A stretch of DNA of 64,000 nt, taken from the NCBI GenBank assembly GCA_002269645.1, contig NIVC01000093.1:248001-312000 (forward strand). The letters are read 5' to 3'. The notes under the pieces are model-generated. The model was not told the DNA's origin. It searched no databases and worked only from the letters and a program-made list of their open reading frames with translations. Of this stretch, positions 1 to 12,400 are shown piece by piece. Within the stretch, counting starts at the first letter, position 1, and the number at the start of each line of letters is the position of its first letter. The DNA is from Macrostomum lignano (Eukaryota). Position numbers and translations under genes: made by a program.

Positions 1-289
1 GTTGCGTGGCCTTTAACACAAATTTTCAAATTTTACTGCTTTCCATCGCTCTGATTTTGCAGCAGAAATGATTGCAGCAGCTGATGCAGCTTGAGCGACA
101 GCTCCGCCTTTGCCTTTTTTCTGAGTTTAAAATTTTTGTAGAGTTGTATTGGTACAGTTTGCATCCGATAGTTATTAACTTACTATACCGGAACTGAAGA
201 CACTGCAGTCAGTGAATAAGTATGAGCTGTATCAGCTATCGCTGTATTTAAAAATGCACATTTGTACACCTTGTTTGATTTGCTTCCAG

Positions 290-1221
290 TGGTCGCTCCC
301 GTGGCTTCTGTCACCGTGACGAAATCCAATGTGACCTGTCTTGATGTAGACTGGCCAGCCTCCAACACGTCAGGTGTGACGTACCAGCTCACCTGTGGCT
401 CCAATCCTCCGATTGATGTTGGCAGAGAGCTGAAAGGCAGCTGCTGCGGTCTGCAGTCGGGAGAGAACCACACAGCAACTGTTGTTGTGGTTAAGCCTGG
501 CTTTAACGACAGCTCTCCCGCCAGTACAGTGGGACAGACTCGTGAGTTTTCACAGCTGATGTTTCTGAGTTTCTTGCCTCATTGCCGTGGCATTTTTGAT
601 TCGAACTGTCAAGTTGAACCCAGCAAAGGCTTTGCAGTTAGTCTGTAGAAATCGAAATTTAAACTCAAGGAAAGTTTCAACGAGTGCAATCAGGGCAAAA
701 GAGTGCATTGTATTCATCCACATGTTTCATTGGTATTTTTTGTGACCTGGCTTCTTCGATATTGCCGTGAGGCTTCCAACGTGCATGTGACTTACTGTCA
801 TTTTACAGGGCACTTATGAAGGTTTAATTATTGACATGAATGTCCCAACTTACTAGGGATCTTTTAAATAGTATTTGGTATGTATTTTAAAAACTGCTAG
901 CCTTTATCGACACAGGATTCGATCTCTTCTAACTGACCTTCTTTGTCACATGAACTGCAACCCCGGTTTCAGTGGTGTCACCCGTGGCTTCTGTCACCGT
1001 GACGGGCTCCAACGAGACCTGTCTTGATGTAGACTGGCCAGCCTCCAATACATCGAATGTGACATACCAGCTTGACTGTGGGTCAGGTGCAATTGGAGTG
1101 GACTCAGGAACCTCAGGATCCTGCTGCGGTCTGCAGTCGGGAAAGAGACACACAGTGACTGTTGCTGTTGTCAAGGCTGGTTTTGCCAAGAGCTCTGCCG
1201 CGAGCACAGTCGGGCAGACGC
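290..1221 (+). CDS. Partial gene: two fibronectin type III-like exons (290-541, 973-1221); gene starts left of window
   Basis: Two paralogous 83-84 codon exons (VxPVASVTVT.SN.TCLDVDWPASNTS.VTYQL.CG...SCCGLQSG..HT.TV.VVK.GF). Both have cag| acceptors and |gtgagt donors and are phase 1-1. The W...Y...L....TV pattern is typical of FN3. Confidence 0.75.
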
Positions 1222-1502
1222 GTGAGTATCTTTGATACTTGAAAAATAAACTAGTTTTCGCATTGACTCAGGGCTGAGAAAGGCGGTAGCTAGCTATTCA
1301 GAGTTACCTACCAAAATGTTAGAACTTATTGTATGTTATATCTAGAGATCGGATATAAAATGGGTATTGAAATTATGTTTTTTACAAATTTATCTTATCT
1401 AGTTTTATAACTCACAGAATTTCACCGTAAGAGCAATGTGTTCTGTCAGAAGGCGGTAACTATTTTGCTCCAGAATTAACCGTTTTTTAGATTACATTTT
1501 AA

Positions 1503-1838
1503 AGGGGACCGTAGCCCAGTGGTCCAGCGCGGCGTTCTGATGTGCCAGCGGCCCAGGCTCGATTCCAAGTGCAGTCACATTAATTTGAGGATAAATTTAA
1601 ATATCGGCTTGGGTCTGCTTGTACAATTAACATTAAACAATCGCCTAACGATAAATAAAGTTAGAGCCGCTGTGCACTCCTCTGTGAGTGTGTGCCTGTG
1701 CGTATGACTGCGTACGTATCCGCACGCTTTGTGTGCCTGCTCAGAGGAGTCGGGGGAATGGGCAGTAATGCCTGTCGCCGGTTGTGTGACAATGTCGCTT
1801 GAAGTTCTTAAAGGGTGCACACGACCGCTCTGCCTCTA
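1503..1838 (+). mobile_element. tRNA-derived SINE, apparently full-length (family A)
   Basis: Head GGGGACCGTAGCCCAGTGG (A box) and GGCTCGATTCC (B box). The 5' part recurs at 43470-43605 (-) and the 3' body at about 62870-63015 (+). Confidence 0.7.
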
Positions 1839-2354
1839 ATACAAAAATTACATGCTATACAGATTAATACAGAGAACTATCATAAATTAGCATTTTGCCA
1901 CAAGCAGGTAGATTTTGAATGAGTAACACTTCGAAAAAAGAATACGTTTTGATGAAAACAATTTAATCTCGTTGTTCATTCTGTTTTCAAAACGCGAATA
2001 ACAAAAAGCTACCCAATGTGGGGTAGAAAGACAGTTAAAATGTACAAATGCTTTGTAGAATTAAGACAGCATCCGCAAGTCTTGCCGTGTGTTTACTTTG
2101 CGTCGAGTGAGATAGGCTCTGTCTTCTATGTAGGGGTTAGATATTTTAGAACCTAGCAAGTTCGTTCTTGCAGAAAAGACAATGAGGTGCCTTCACTAGC
2201 TATACATGAACTCGCAATGCTCATACTCAACCATGTTTATAAATAGGTCTTTTTTAGCTATATTCACTTGTGGATTGCGCACAGTTATTTTTGTCGAGCA
2301 ATAGAATTTTACTGTTCAAGTTGATAGCTTAGTTGTGATTGAGATGCTTCAACA

Positions 2355-5300
2355 ATGCGTCCTGAATTATTCTCATTTGCAATTATCGTTGCGATTTCGT
2401 TTTTGACGAGTAAGTAAACTCAACAAAAAGTTTATTATACCTTAAAGAGACTTTAATCTTTAAGTAGCTGAGCCATTATCTCAACGACTTTATCCGTATC
2501 CATGCGTTGGGAAGCTTTGCTTTTGTGAAGCGATCCCCAGCCTATAGAAAACTATCATCACTTTAACTAATAATTTTGCATTTCTATATCGAAATTCACC
2601 TCGAAAAACACCTACTAATTGTTCAAAAAAGATTATACTGAAAATTACATTTATTTAGGCCATTATGCGACAGCGGCCTCTTACTACAGATGGAGGAGTC
2701 TGAATCAATCAGAAGGACGGGACTGCTCAAGCAGTCTTAATCCTGGCTTAAATGTCCACATCAGCGAGGCTCTGGTGGATATCATGATGTATCTCTGGAT
2801 GAATGGTAACATTTTAACAATTATATTTCTTGCATGCAATTCCGACATGAGCCTACGGCGGAGTGGCCAAGGTCTCATACTGCATGTATGCTAAACTATG
2901 GTGGACCCAGGGTATTCAAAGGTTCACACAAAAAATCAGTCGCCACCATTTACCTGCACAAATGTAAACCGAGGGAAAATCCTGCTTATTAGACATGACT
3001 GTTACAGGCAAAGCTTTAACTGCATAGGTTAGGTATTAAAACGGAAAAATGTCGTACGGGAACGGCGATTCACTGGGTGTGCATAGAGAGTGGGTGTGTA
3101 TTGGGAATGGGTCATCCGATAAATCATCGGGGGAGGAACCTAGATATCCAGGGTTAGAATCGTGTAACATTAAAACTTCAGTGTAAGTCCCATCCGTGGT
3201 CACAGCAAATTTTTGATTTTTAAATCGTAATATACGTCTATTAAAGATCATAGCGCTGTCCTTCAGAGACAAACAAAAATGTGCCAGAGATCTGTGGAAA
3301 CGAAGTTCGTTTAACCCATTCGGCATTCCTAGAAAACAATGCGGGCAAAGGTAAGCGATTTTGCTACGCTATTTAAAAAAGCGCTATGTAGGACTTAGAA
3401 ATACAACAAATAAATTGTATTTTAGTGTGCCTAAATCCGCACAACAACGGCGAAATACGGCTCATCAAATCCTTCCACGCGTTGATGAACGTTGAGGCTA
3501 AAGTGACGGCTATCGGCAGTGTGCCAGCAATGTTGGACTACAAAGACTCAGGGTCAGCTACCACATACAGAGGCTACTTTGAAGTTGCCAATAAACCAAT
3601 ATTGACTTCAGGACCGTCTGTTACTGAAATTGCTTATGTAAGCGGTTTCTATAAATGGTCAAAGGCAATATATATTTACCAAAAACATTTGTGCAGATTA
3701 AAAAAAGCGCTTATTTCCAGGCAGTCTACAGACTTCTAGTGACCAACGATTGGTCCTACGTCGCCATTGTGATCGAAGCTGAGGACGGAGCAGTGAGGCT
3801 GTCCCAAGCTCTACAGTCGATGTCCAAGGCCGACCAGAAAGTCTGCTTCCCGATCGTCATCCAACTCACGTCCAGTAATGCGACGGCAGCTGCAAAAGCT
3901 CTCAGGAACTTCGCGTATCCCGACATTCCCCGACTCACTGTCGTATATTCCGGATCCGGGAGCACATTTCTGTCGCTCTGGGACCTCGTCACGGGCTCGG
4001 ATGCATCGACAGCCGACTCGGAAAAGAGATATCAGCTTGTGCTGGTCGGAGACGCTCTTGGAAGCTTCTACCGAGCGACCAACTCGACGAGATGGCGACA
4101 CTTTGGTCTCGGAACACTTTTTGTGTTTCCAGGAGTTCTCGACCCGAATCCGGCGTCGGACACTCTAGCGGTGCTTCTGAAAAACATCAGCAGCACACCG
4201 GAATCGATGGGAGAGTTTCACCGACTTACGGATACTTGGTCACGACTGCAGCATTTCAAGAGCACAACAAGTGTGCAGTGCGACTGGACGAAATTCGGTG
4301 ACCTGTGCTACACTCAGGCGTTGATGTACGATTTCCAGCTGCTGTCATTCTTGCCGCTCATTGGCTCCGCCCTCGACTTTTCGCCAAGCGGAGTGGAGAG
4401 TCTCCGCCGGAAGAGCGTCAGTTTGTCGGACCTCCGATCTTCAGTGCCGTTCGTTGACGCGTTTTTGCGACAAAATTTCACCAACTACTCACTCGCCAGA
4501 GGCTTGAGCCACAGAGATCGAGGCTTCTGGCAACCGATCGTAAAAGTGTACCAGAGCCGGTTTGATTCACGATCGGAGGCGATCCTGGAAAAGCTGGGCG
4601 AGTTAAGGATAGTGCAGGCCGGCTCGGCGAACAAGAACTACGAGTGGGACTTGAGCAAGATGCCCGAGCTGTACGAGTTCAGGGACGGAAATCCTGACAA
4701 TCTGCCTGTTAAGACAGTCAGTGGCAGCTCCGTGTGCCCGCGGAGCTGCCCCGAGTGCTCAAAGTATCGAGGCAAGCAGTCTGTTGAGTATCAGTTCGGC
4801 GACCTTTACATTGGCGCGTTGATCCCAGTGTTTAATAGGGCAACGGATGTGTACAAATGCAGCGACGGAAACTTTGATGAGCAATCGACTGAGTGGTCTA
4901 CAGCTTTTCGATACGTTATTAAACTTGCGGCTTGGGCCAGCGAAGGCGGCGCAACTCAACCCCCTGGCGTTGATGCCTCCCTGGTTGATAAACAGTTCAT
5001 GCTCGGACTGAGGGACCTAGTCTCGAAGGTTCAGCAGAGTCGGACTAGTAAGCTAAAATGGGGCTACGTAATTCTTGACAGTTGCTATTCAGCGCCCCTC
5101 CTGACGAACAGGCTGGCTCTGTTGCTAAATGGCAAGCTGGAGCCTTTAACTGGGCTTAACTACACCAAGTTCGTAGGCTTTATTGGAGAAGCCTCCAGCA
5201 CTCAAACGATGGCGGCTAGCCAGGTGCTCAAGCAATACAGCCTGCCTATTATTAGCTTTGCATCAACATCAACAGCTCTGAGCGACGTTTTTCAATATCC

Positions 5301-7267
5301 GTTCACAATGAGGACAGTGTCATCAGACAACGAGATTATTGAGGCTTTGATGACTATAATAAGGCACTACAATGTCGATTTGATTACAGTTGCTTATGCA
5401 CCAAACGCTTACGGCTTATCGCTTCGCGACGCAATGTTGACCAGAGCCAACCGAGATGGAGTCTGCATCGCCAAACTGCTGGTACTGAATTGCGCTTACA
5501 CAGATACGGTCTGCAAAAGAGAGCTAGCAAACGATATGCGCAGGTCAGGAACTCGATATGTAGCATTTCTATGCGACTCCGTCGACCTCGCCGCATTTCT
5601 CAACTACACTGAGGTAAAACGTTTTTAAGTTTCGAATCTCCATATTTTCTTTTGAAAATTTGTAGCACCTAATCTATCCATGGTTTCAATTTTTAGGTGG
5701 AATCAGACCTCGAATTTATAAATATTTTGGCAACTGAAGACATCGACGAGGTGATGTTTACGGGAAAGAACAATCTCGGTGTGGGAACCACCATGGTGCA
5801 GCTGGTCTCCGCTCCTGAGCCGGGATTCCTCAACTACCTCAACTACTCGCTGACTCGCATGCCCCCGAACTCCAACAACTTGTCCCAGTGGGACCGACTG
5901 TACTTCGAGCTGGTGCACCAATGCTACCTCACGGACAGCTTTGTGCGTAGTGATAAGTACACCCAGCCGTGCTTGCCCAGCATCGTCGCGTCGCATCACA
6001 TCCGCCAGCTCGAGTCCCGATCCGTGTTCGTCATGACGGCGACTCAGACGCTGATCCTCGGTTGCCTGACGGCAATCGACTACTTGTGTCCGGTGGTGAC
6101 GCCCGAGCCGGCGTGTCCGAACTTCTTCAAAGGCAACAGAGTCACACAGGAGCAGCGAGCCAACCTCATCATGTACGGCAGCCGGCTGAAGCCGTCCGGG
6201 ACCACGGCGCAGCGGTTCTCGGGCAAATACGGAGGCGAGGAGTGGTCCTTCCAGAAGATCTTCGAGAACCGGATGGGTCGGACGCCGATGCGGCTGATGC
6301 AGTACCGGAAGATCGGCTCGGCGGAGTACCGCTTCGTGCCGGTGAGTGTGTCACTATTATTGAATCGCGTGTTGGAACTTTTAGGGAGAGTTTAGTCACG
6401 AAAAGATTCGAAATGTGTAATTCTACAGTACCAAGAAGTATTTACTGACACTGATTCATTTCTTAATGAGGTAGAGAAGGAAGAGCAAAGTTTTTTATTC
6501 AGTATATTTGTTGAAAGAAAATCATAAGGTGGATTTCTGTATTTAGGTATTTCGACAAATGGATACGTACATTCATTTAGTGGTAAAATGAGCATTAACA
6601 GAGAAATCTACGGAGTATTATTTTCGTTAGACGAGCGTATGATGGGCGCCCAACCCGCTGACTCCTGAGCTCCCCAATACTGTTCGCAGGCAGGCACGCC
6701 CACACAGACTTTCTAATTGACATGCATGTCCACTCTCTGTACTGTGCTGCACTGCCCCTACTCGTACATTTGATTTTCTTTGCCACCCCAAAATCAACCC
6801 AGTTCGGCCTATTCGACGGCGTGAGCAAATCGAATTTCGCTGAGTCAGCTGAGAAGCTGTTTGCTCAAGAGCGTCAAGTCAAACCGAGTCTAGCCAAAGT
6901 CTGTCGTCGGGCGGAAGATTGCGGCCATCCCAAATGCGTGAACAGCATTAGCCAGTCGACTGCATCAACCGAATCGGGCGTCATCACTCCCAGACCTGCA
7001 CCGTCGCCTGCGCTTGGCCTCCTAGGCCTTCTATTCCTTCCTGGAGTTCTTGTGGGAGTGATCATCTTTTGGTGCCTTCGGCGGCTGCTCCCTAATATTG
7101 GGAGCAGCGAGTCGGATTACGCCTACGGTGATAGAGCGGCCACCGAATTGCCTGAAGCTTCTACATGTACGATGGGGCGAGAGAATAGAGATTCAGGTTT
7201 GTACGATACCGCCTATGACACGGGCACAGAATCGGGCCGTGCTCTGCCAGCGATCAAAGCGTACTAA
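2355..7267 (+). CDS. Single-pass receptor with two tandem class C GPCR-like Venus flytrap (ANF_receptor) modules, paralogue 1; exons 2355-2409, 2659-2805, 3426-3637, 3721-5613, 5697-6341, 6803-7267; about 1138 aa
   Basis: Signal peptide MRPELFSFAIIVAISFLT. All introns GT-AG and phase-consistent. mGluR-like motifs GDLYIGALIPV and FIGEASSTQT...LPIISFASTSTALSD.FQYPFTMRTVSSD, plus LLVTNDWSYVAIV in the first module. One TM (LGLLGLLFLPGVLVGVIIFWCL), then a short tail and stop. Confidence 0.8.
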
Positions 7268-9413
7268 GGACTGGTGCTCACTTGATCGGACTAACCGAAC
7301 AATTTAATACGACACTGAAATGCCACTCTGTTGTTAATTTAACCTAATGACTGATTCGGGTCCAGGGAAAACTGAAAGATAAGGATGCTTCACTTGATTT
7401 TTTCTTAGAAATGCTCTGGAGGCAGGTAAGGAACGTGTGTTTGTCGCGTCGCTAACCCTTTCTACTGCGAATGTGCCACAAGTAGTTTTAACTGTAGCCA
7501 ATCGGTCTAGGGCTCTGCGTCTGCCCCCCTTCTTTCCAGTCAGTTTTGTCAAATTGCTCATTGTAAAGTTGAAATATCTTCCATCAATCCAGACGGTTTA
7601 TGGGGGCACTTGGTGCAATGTGGATTAAGTTCCGAAAACCAGTCTTTTTAAACCGGCAATTTGCTTTCAATTCAAAAAGTTTATATTCGATTCAATTCCG
7701 AGAATAGACTATATAACTGTATATCCGAATTCAGTTGTTTAATTTACGGCCAAGACTGCTAGAAGTTTGTATAATCATATACTGTCAGTGGCTTGAATTG
7801 AAAATTTCACCTCTTTTCGAATGAAGTTAAGGATGAAACCAACCAAATTGTCTGAGTTGAATGCACATTGCACCAGGTGCTACCATAAACCGTCTCTGAA
7901 TTGAATGAAAATATTTCAACTTTGACAGCACATTTAACAAATTAGAATGGAAAGGTGTAGATTCTCAGCATGTAAGTACGCTCGTAAGTAAGCCCAAATT
8001 TGGTAACCATGCATATGTGGCACAGTTTATGTCAAAAAGAGCAACTTTAACAACAACCGAAAAATGGGGCAGCGTGGAGCCAATAAACTGAATAGTAATC
8101 AACCGAGCTAAAAAATTCTACAATTCTACATTGAAATTTTACAAGTGTCATCTTGTGTAAAAACAACAAACTTTTTCTATAGCCAGGAGAGACTATTGCT
8201 GCTATCGTTTAGGGTAACTGTTTATTTATCAGTATAACCGTGAGTCGATCATATATCACTTGCATTACATTTTATCTGCATCTTTTCAAAATTTTGCAAC
8301 CTGTAAATTTAAAGTAGTGAATTGTTTTTTTTCTAATAATGCGATCATCGTATATTTTTTTAAACATCAATACGCCACCAAGGGCTGGCCAAGGCAGGCC
8401 CGAAGCACAAACTTGTACATGTGGATCAAGCTTCCGTATGTAGTAGAACTTTAAAATATTATTATTGTGCAAAACGAAAAAGTTCACCATATTTTTTAAA
8501 TAAAATTACCGATTTTTATGTACTTTTATATTATGAGTCACTGAACAGATACTCGAGAGACAGAGAATCTAAAAATCTGTTGGTATCAAACCGGAATGAT
8601 TTGAATATTGTGTTGCATTTATTTTTTTTTGAAGAAACCAACTAAATTATTTGAACTTGCAGGTGTTATGCCGTAGCTTCCATTCAAGTCAATTGGACAC
8701 ACTCTATTTGTTAAACTTTCTAGATATTTAAGGATTTTACTTTTAAACTAGACGATACATTTTTTAATTGAATCAGTCGGGTGCTATACAGCCTACTGGA
8801 TCGTTCGTTATTAGTAGTATTCTATAATTGCAAAAGTGCCTGCAATAAGAAAATGAAGAAACTATCGATATTAAAGTAACGTAAATTGACCCTCTGAAGC
8901 CGCAGTTAAATTATTTTTAATTGAGACATTATAACAAGACAAAAAGTGAGTCAAAAAAACGAGTAAATGTTTTTAAATCCTTGTTGTCGACCTATTTAGC
9001 CACTTAATACCGTCAAAAATATTTACTACGCTTGAATATTTTTGGTATGGAGCAAAAACAAGCTAAGATTAGCCAAAGGGCTGGACCATTCGTCCCACGC
9101 AATTTGAGGGTAAATAATGCTCGCACGAAAGAGATGAAAAGCTCGGTTTGGTTAGAAAAAGAGATAGGTGAGCGAGAGGTAGGAATTAGAGAGAGAATAG
9201 CTCACTCTTAAAAGCAGGAGTTGAGGGGCAGAAATTTCTTTAGTTGTTGTTCACTATAACCAAACAACTTAACGAAAACAGACATAAAAAACGAATTGCA
9301 TTACACATGGAGCAGAGGCTCCGTAGCTGACTATTTTCTGAACGCTATGCTTTTTGTTCATTTGAAACGCAGAATTGAGTCCGATTAAGGTCGCAGGTCG
9401 GCGAACGTTTCAG

Positions 9414-12400
9414 ATGTGGCTTCGTTTAGGACGCGTCGGCCTACTTGGTTTTGCGTGGATCCTGTTGACTGGTGAGACAGCTCCGTATCTGTTGAGCCAT
9501 TTATGACTTTGTGACAACAAGTGACATATGTCTGTAGAGCTGCCTACGAAATTTCGTATTGATTATGAAATTCTTTTTAGCGCCCCTTGTGCAGATGCCA
9601 CCAATCGGTAGCAATACAATGGACTGGCAAGATGACAATTACCAATATATAGTGTCGATTCCATCCGTTGGTAAATTAGTATACTATTAGGCTAGGGTGC
9701 AACGCCTCAGACTATCCAAGGCCAGAACTTAAGGGGAAATGAGTTACGGAGTTACTCAAGGCACAGTTTTGACCCATATTCGCTTCATACAGAATTGTAC
9801 TGCGCAAGGTCTACAACACCGTTGCTCACATTTCGGTGGAGAAGCCTCAATCAGTCATCTGGTACCAGCTGTACGAACTTGCTCAAGCAGCAGCTTAATG
9901 CCCACGTTAACGAAGCTCTGGTGGACATTCTTATGTACCGGTGGCTTGGTGGTAAATTATTCTTGGTTCTACATGCAACAATATTTCAACTCTAAAACAC
10001 TATGCAACGCAACGAACATGATTACTTAACCCGTAGAATTCGATACGACAATAAAAGAAGTATGCGACAACAGCTTCCAACTGACGGAGTCTGAATTTCT
10101 ACGGTCAAATCTTAATAAAGGTTTGTCGAACTATATGGATTTTTTTAAAATGTCACCGTATGATACGATTTTACGCACCATTCAAAATTTTGACGTTTTA
10201 GTATGCCTCGGTTTGCACAGAATCAGCGAACTCGAGTTCATTCGATCATACTACAGCCTGATGGACATCAGTGCACCCCTTCGAGCGGTCACATCCATTC
10301 CGGCAATCAGCAACTACCAGAATTTGTCAGAAAGTTCAACTAGGAGAGGTTACTATAATAAAGACGCATCGATTCTCACCTCTGGACCGTCGATATTTGA
10401 GACGGCAGATGTACGTTTGCATTGCTAGTTCACAAGGAAGGTCACCTCTCAGTTGAAAACTTATTCCAAATTATTCGTTCCGTACTACTATTCAATTACA
10501 TTTCCAGGCAGTCTACAGACTTCTAGTGACCAACGATTGGTCCTACGTCGCCATTGTGATCGAAGCTGAGGACGGAGCAGTGAGGCTGTCCCAAGCTCTA
10601 CAGTCGATGTCCAAGGCCGACCAGAAAGTCTGCTTCCCGATCGTCATCCAACTCACGTCCAGCAATGCGACGGCAGCTGCAAAAGCTCTCAGGACCTTCG
10701 CGTATCCCGACATTCCCCGACTCACTGTCGTATATTCCGGATCCGGGAGCACATTTCTGTCGCTCTGGGACCTCGTCACGGGCTCGGATGCATCGACAGC
10801 CGACTTGGAAAAGAGATATCAGCTTGTGCTGGTCGGAGACGCTCTTGGAAGCTTCTACCGAGCGACCAACTCGACGAGATGGCGACACTTTGGTCTCGGA
10901 ACACTTTTTGTTTTTCCAGGAGTTCTCGACCCGAATCCGGCGTCGGACACTCTAGCGGTGCTTCTGAAAAACATCAGCAGCACACCGGAATCGATGGGAG
11001 AGTTTCACCGACTTACGGACACTTGGTCACGACTGCAGCATTTCAAGAGCACAACAAGTGTGCAGTGCGACTGGACGAAATTCGGTGACCTGTGCTACAC
11101 TCAGGCGTTGATGTACGATTTCCAGCTGCTGTCATTCTTGCCGCTCATTGGCTCCGCCCTCGACTTTTCGCCAAGCGGAGTGGAGAGTCTCCGCCGGAAG
11201 AGCGTCAGTTTGTCGGACCTCCGATCTTCAGTGCCGTTCGTTGACGCGTTTTTGCGACAAAATTTCACCAACTACTCACTCGCCAGAGGCTTGAGCCACA
11301 GAGATCGAGGCTTCTGGCAACCGATCGTAAAAGTGTACCAGAGCCGGTTTGATTCACGATCGGAGACGATCCTGGAAAAGCTGGGCGAGTTAAGGATAGT
11401 GCAGGCCGGCTCGGCGAACCAAAACTACGAGTGGGACTTGAGCAAGATGCCCGAGCTGTACGAGTTCAGGGACGGAAATCCTGACAATCTGCCTGTTAAG
11501 ACAGTCAGTGGCAGCTCCGTGTGCCCGCGGAGCTGCCCCGAGTGCTCTCATCACAGCGTTAGACAATCCATTGAGTTCAAGCATGGCGATATTTACATAG
11601 GCGCGATTCTACCAATTTTTGACCACGGCACTGACGAGTTCAAGTGCAGCGATGCTAAATTCGATCTATTCGCATCGGAATGGTCGGCCGCTTTTAGGTT
11701 CATCATGTCGCTGACCAACTGGGCAAGCCAAATGACCGAACTGCCCCCTGGAATTGAAGTTGATCTTGTCGATCAGTCGTTTGTGCTAGGGTTGAAGGAC
11801 CTGACTTCAAAGATACACGAGGGTCGTAGCAAGAGGCTCCGATGGGGCTATGTGATTCTGGACAGCTGCTACTCGGCACCATATTTGACTAGCCAACTCT
11901 GGCTTCTGCTAGATGGAAGGCTCGAGCCAGTTGTTAATGTTAACTACTCAAGCTTTGCCGGCTTCATGGGCGACCTGTCTAGCACGCAAACCATGGCTGC
12001 TAGTCAGATTCTGAAGCAGTATAGACTGCCAATTATCAGCTTCGGCTCGACGTCTACCGCGCTTAGTAACGTGTTTCAGTACCCCTACACAATGAGAACT
12101 TTGAGCTCAGATAATGAGATTGTAGAGGCCATGATTAGTTCAATAAGGCATTACAAAGTGGACTTAATTACAGTAGTCTACACGCCAAATGCCTACGGAC
12201 TGTCTCTGAAGAATTCGATGCTGTCAAAGGCCAGCAGAGACAAGATATGCATCTCCAAGCTGCTGCTGTTCGACTGCGGAATCTCCGATCCGACTTGCAA
12301 ACGAAGAGTGGCTCTTCAAATGCGCAACTCTGGCAATCGATACGTGGCTTTTCTGAGCGACGGCACCGACTTCAGAAATTTTTTAAACTACCCTCAGGTA

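Noticed and set aside
9578-9610. CTCF-like motif (also near 49375-49395)
   Set aside because: Partial matches of a short GC-rich motif are expected by chance or within TE ends; no supporting evidence.
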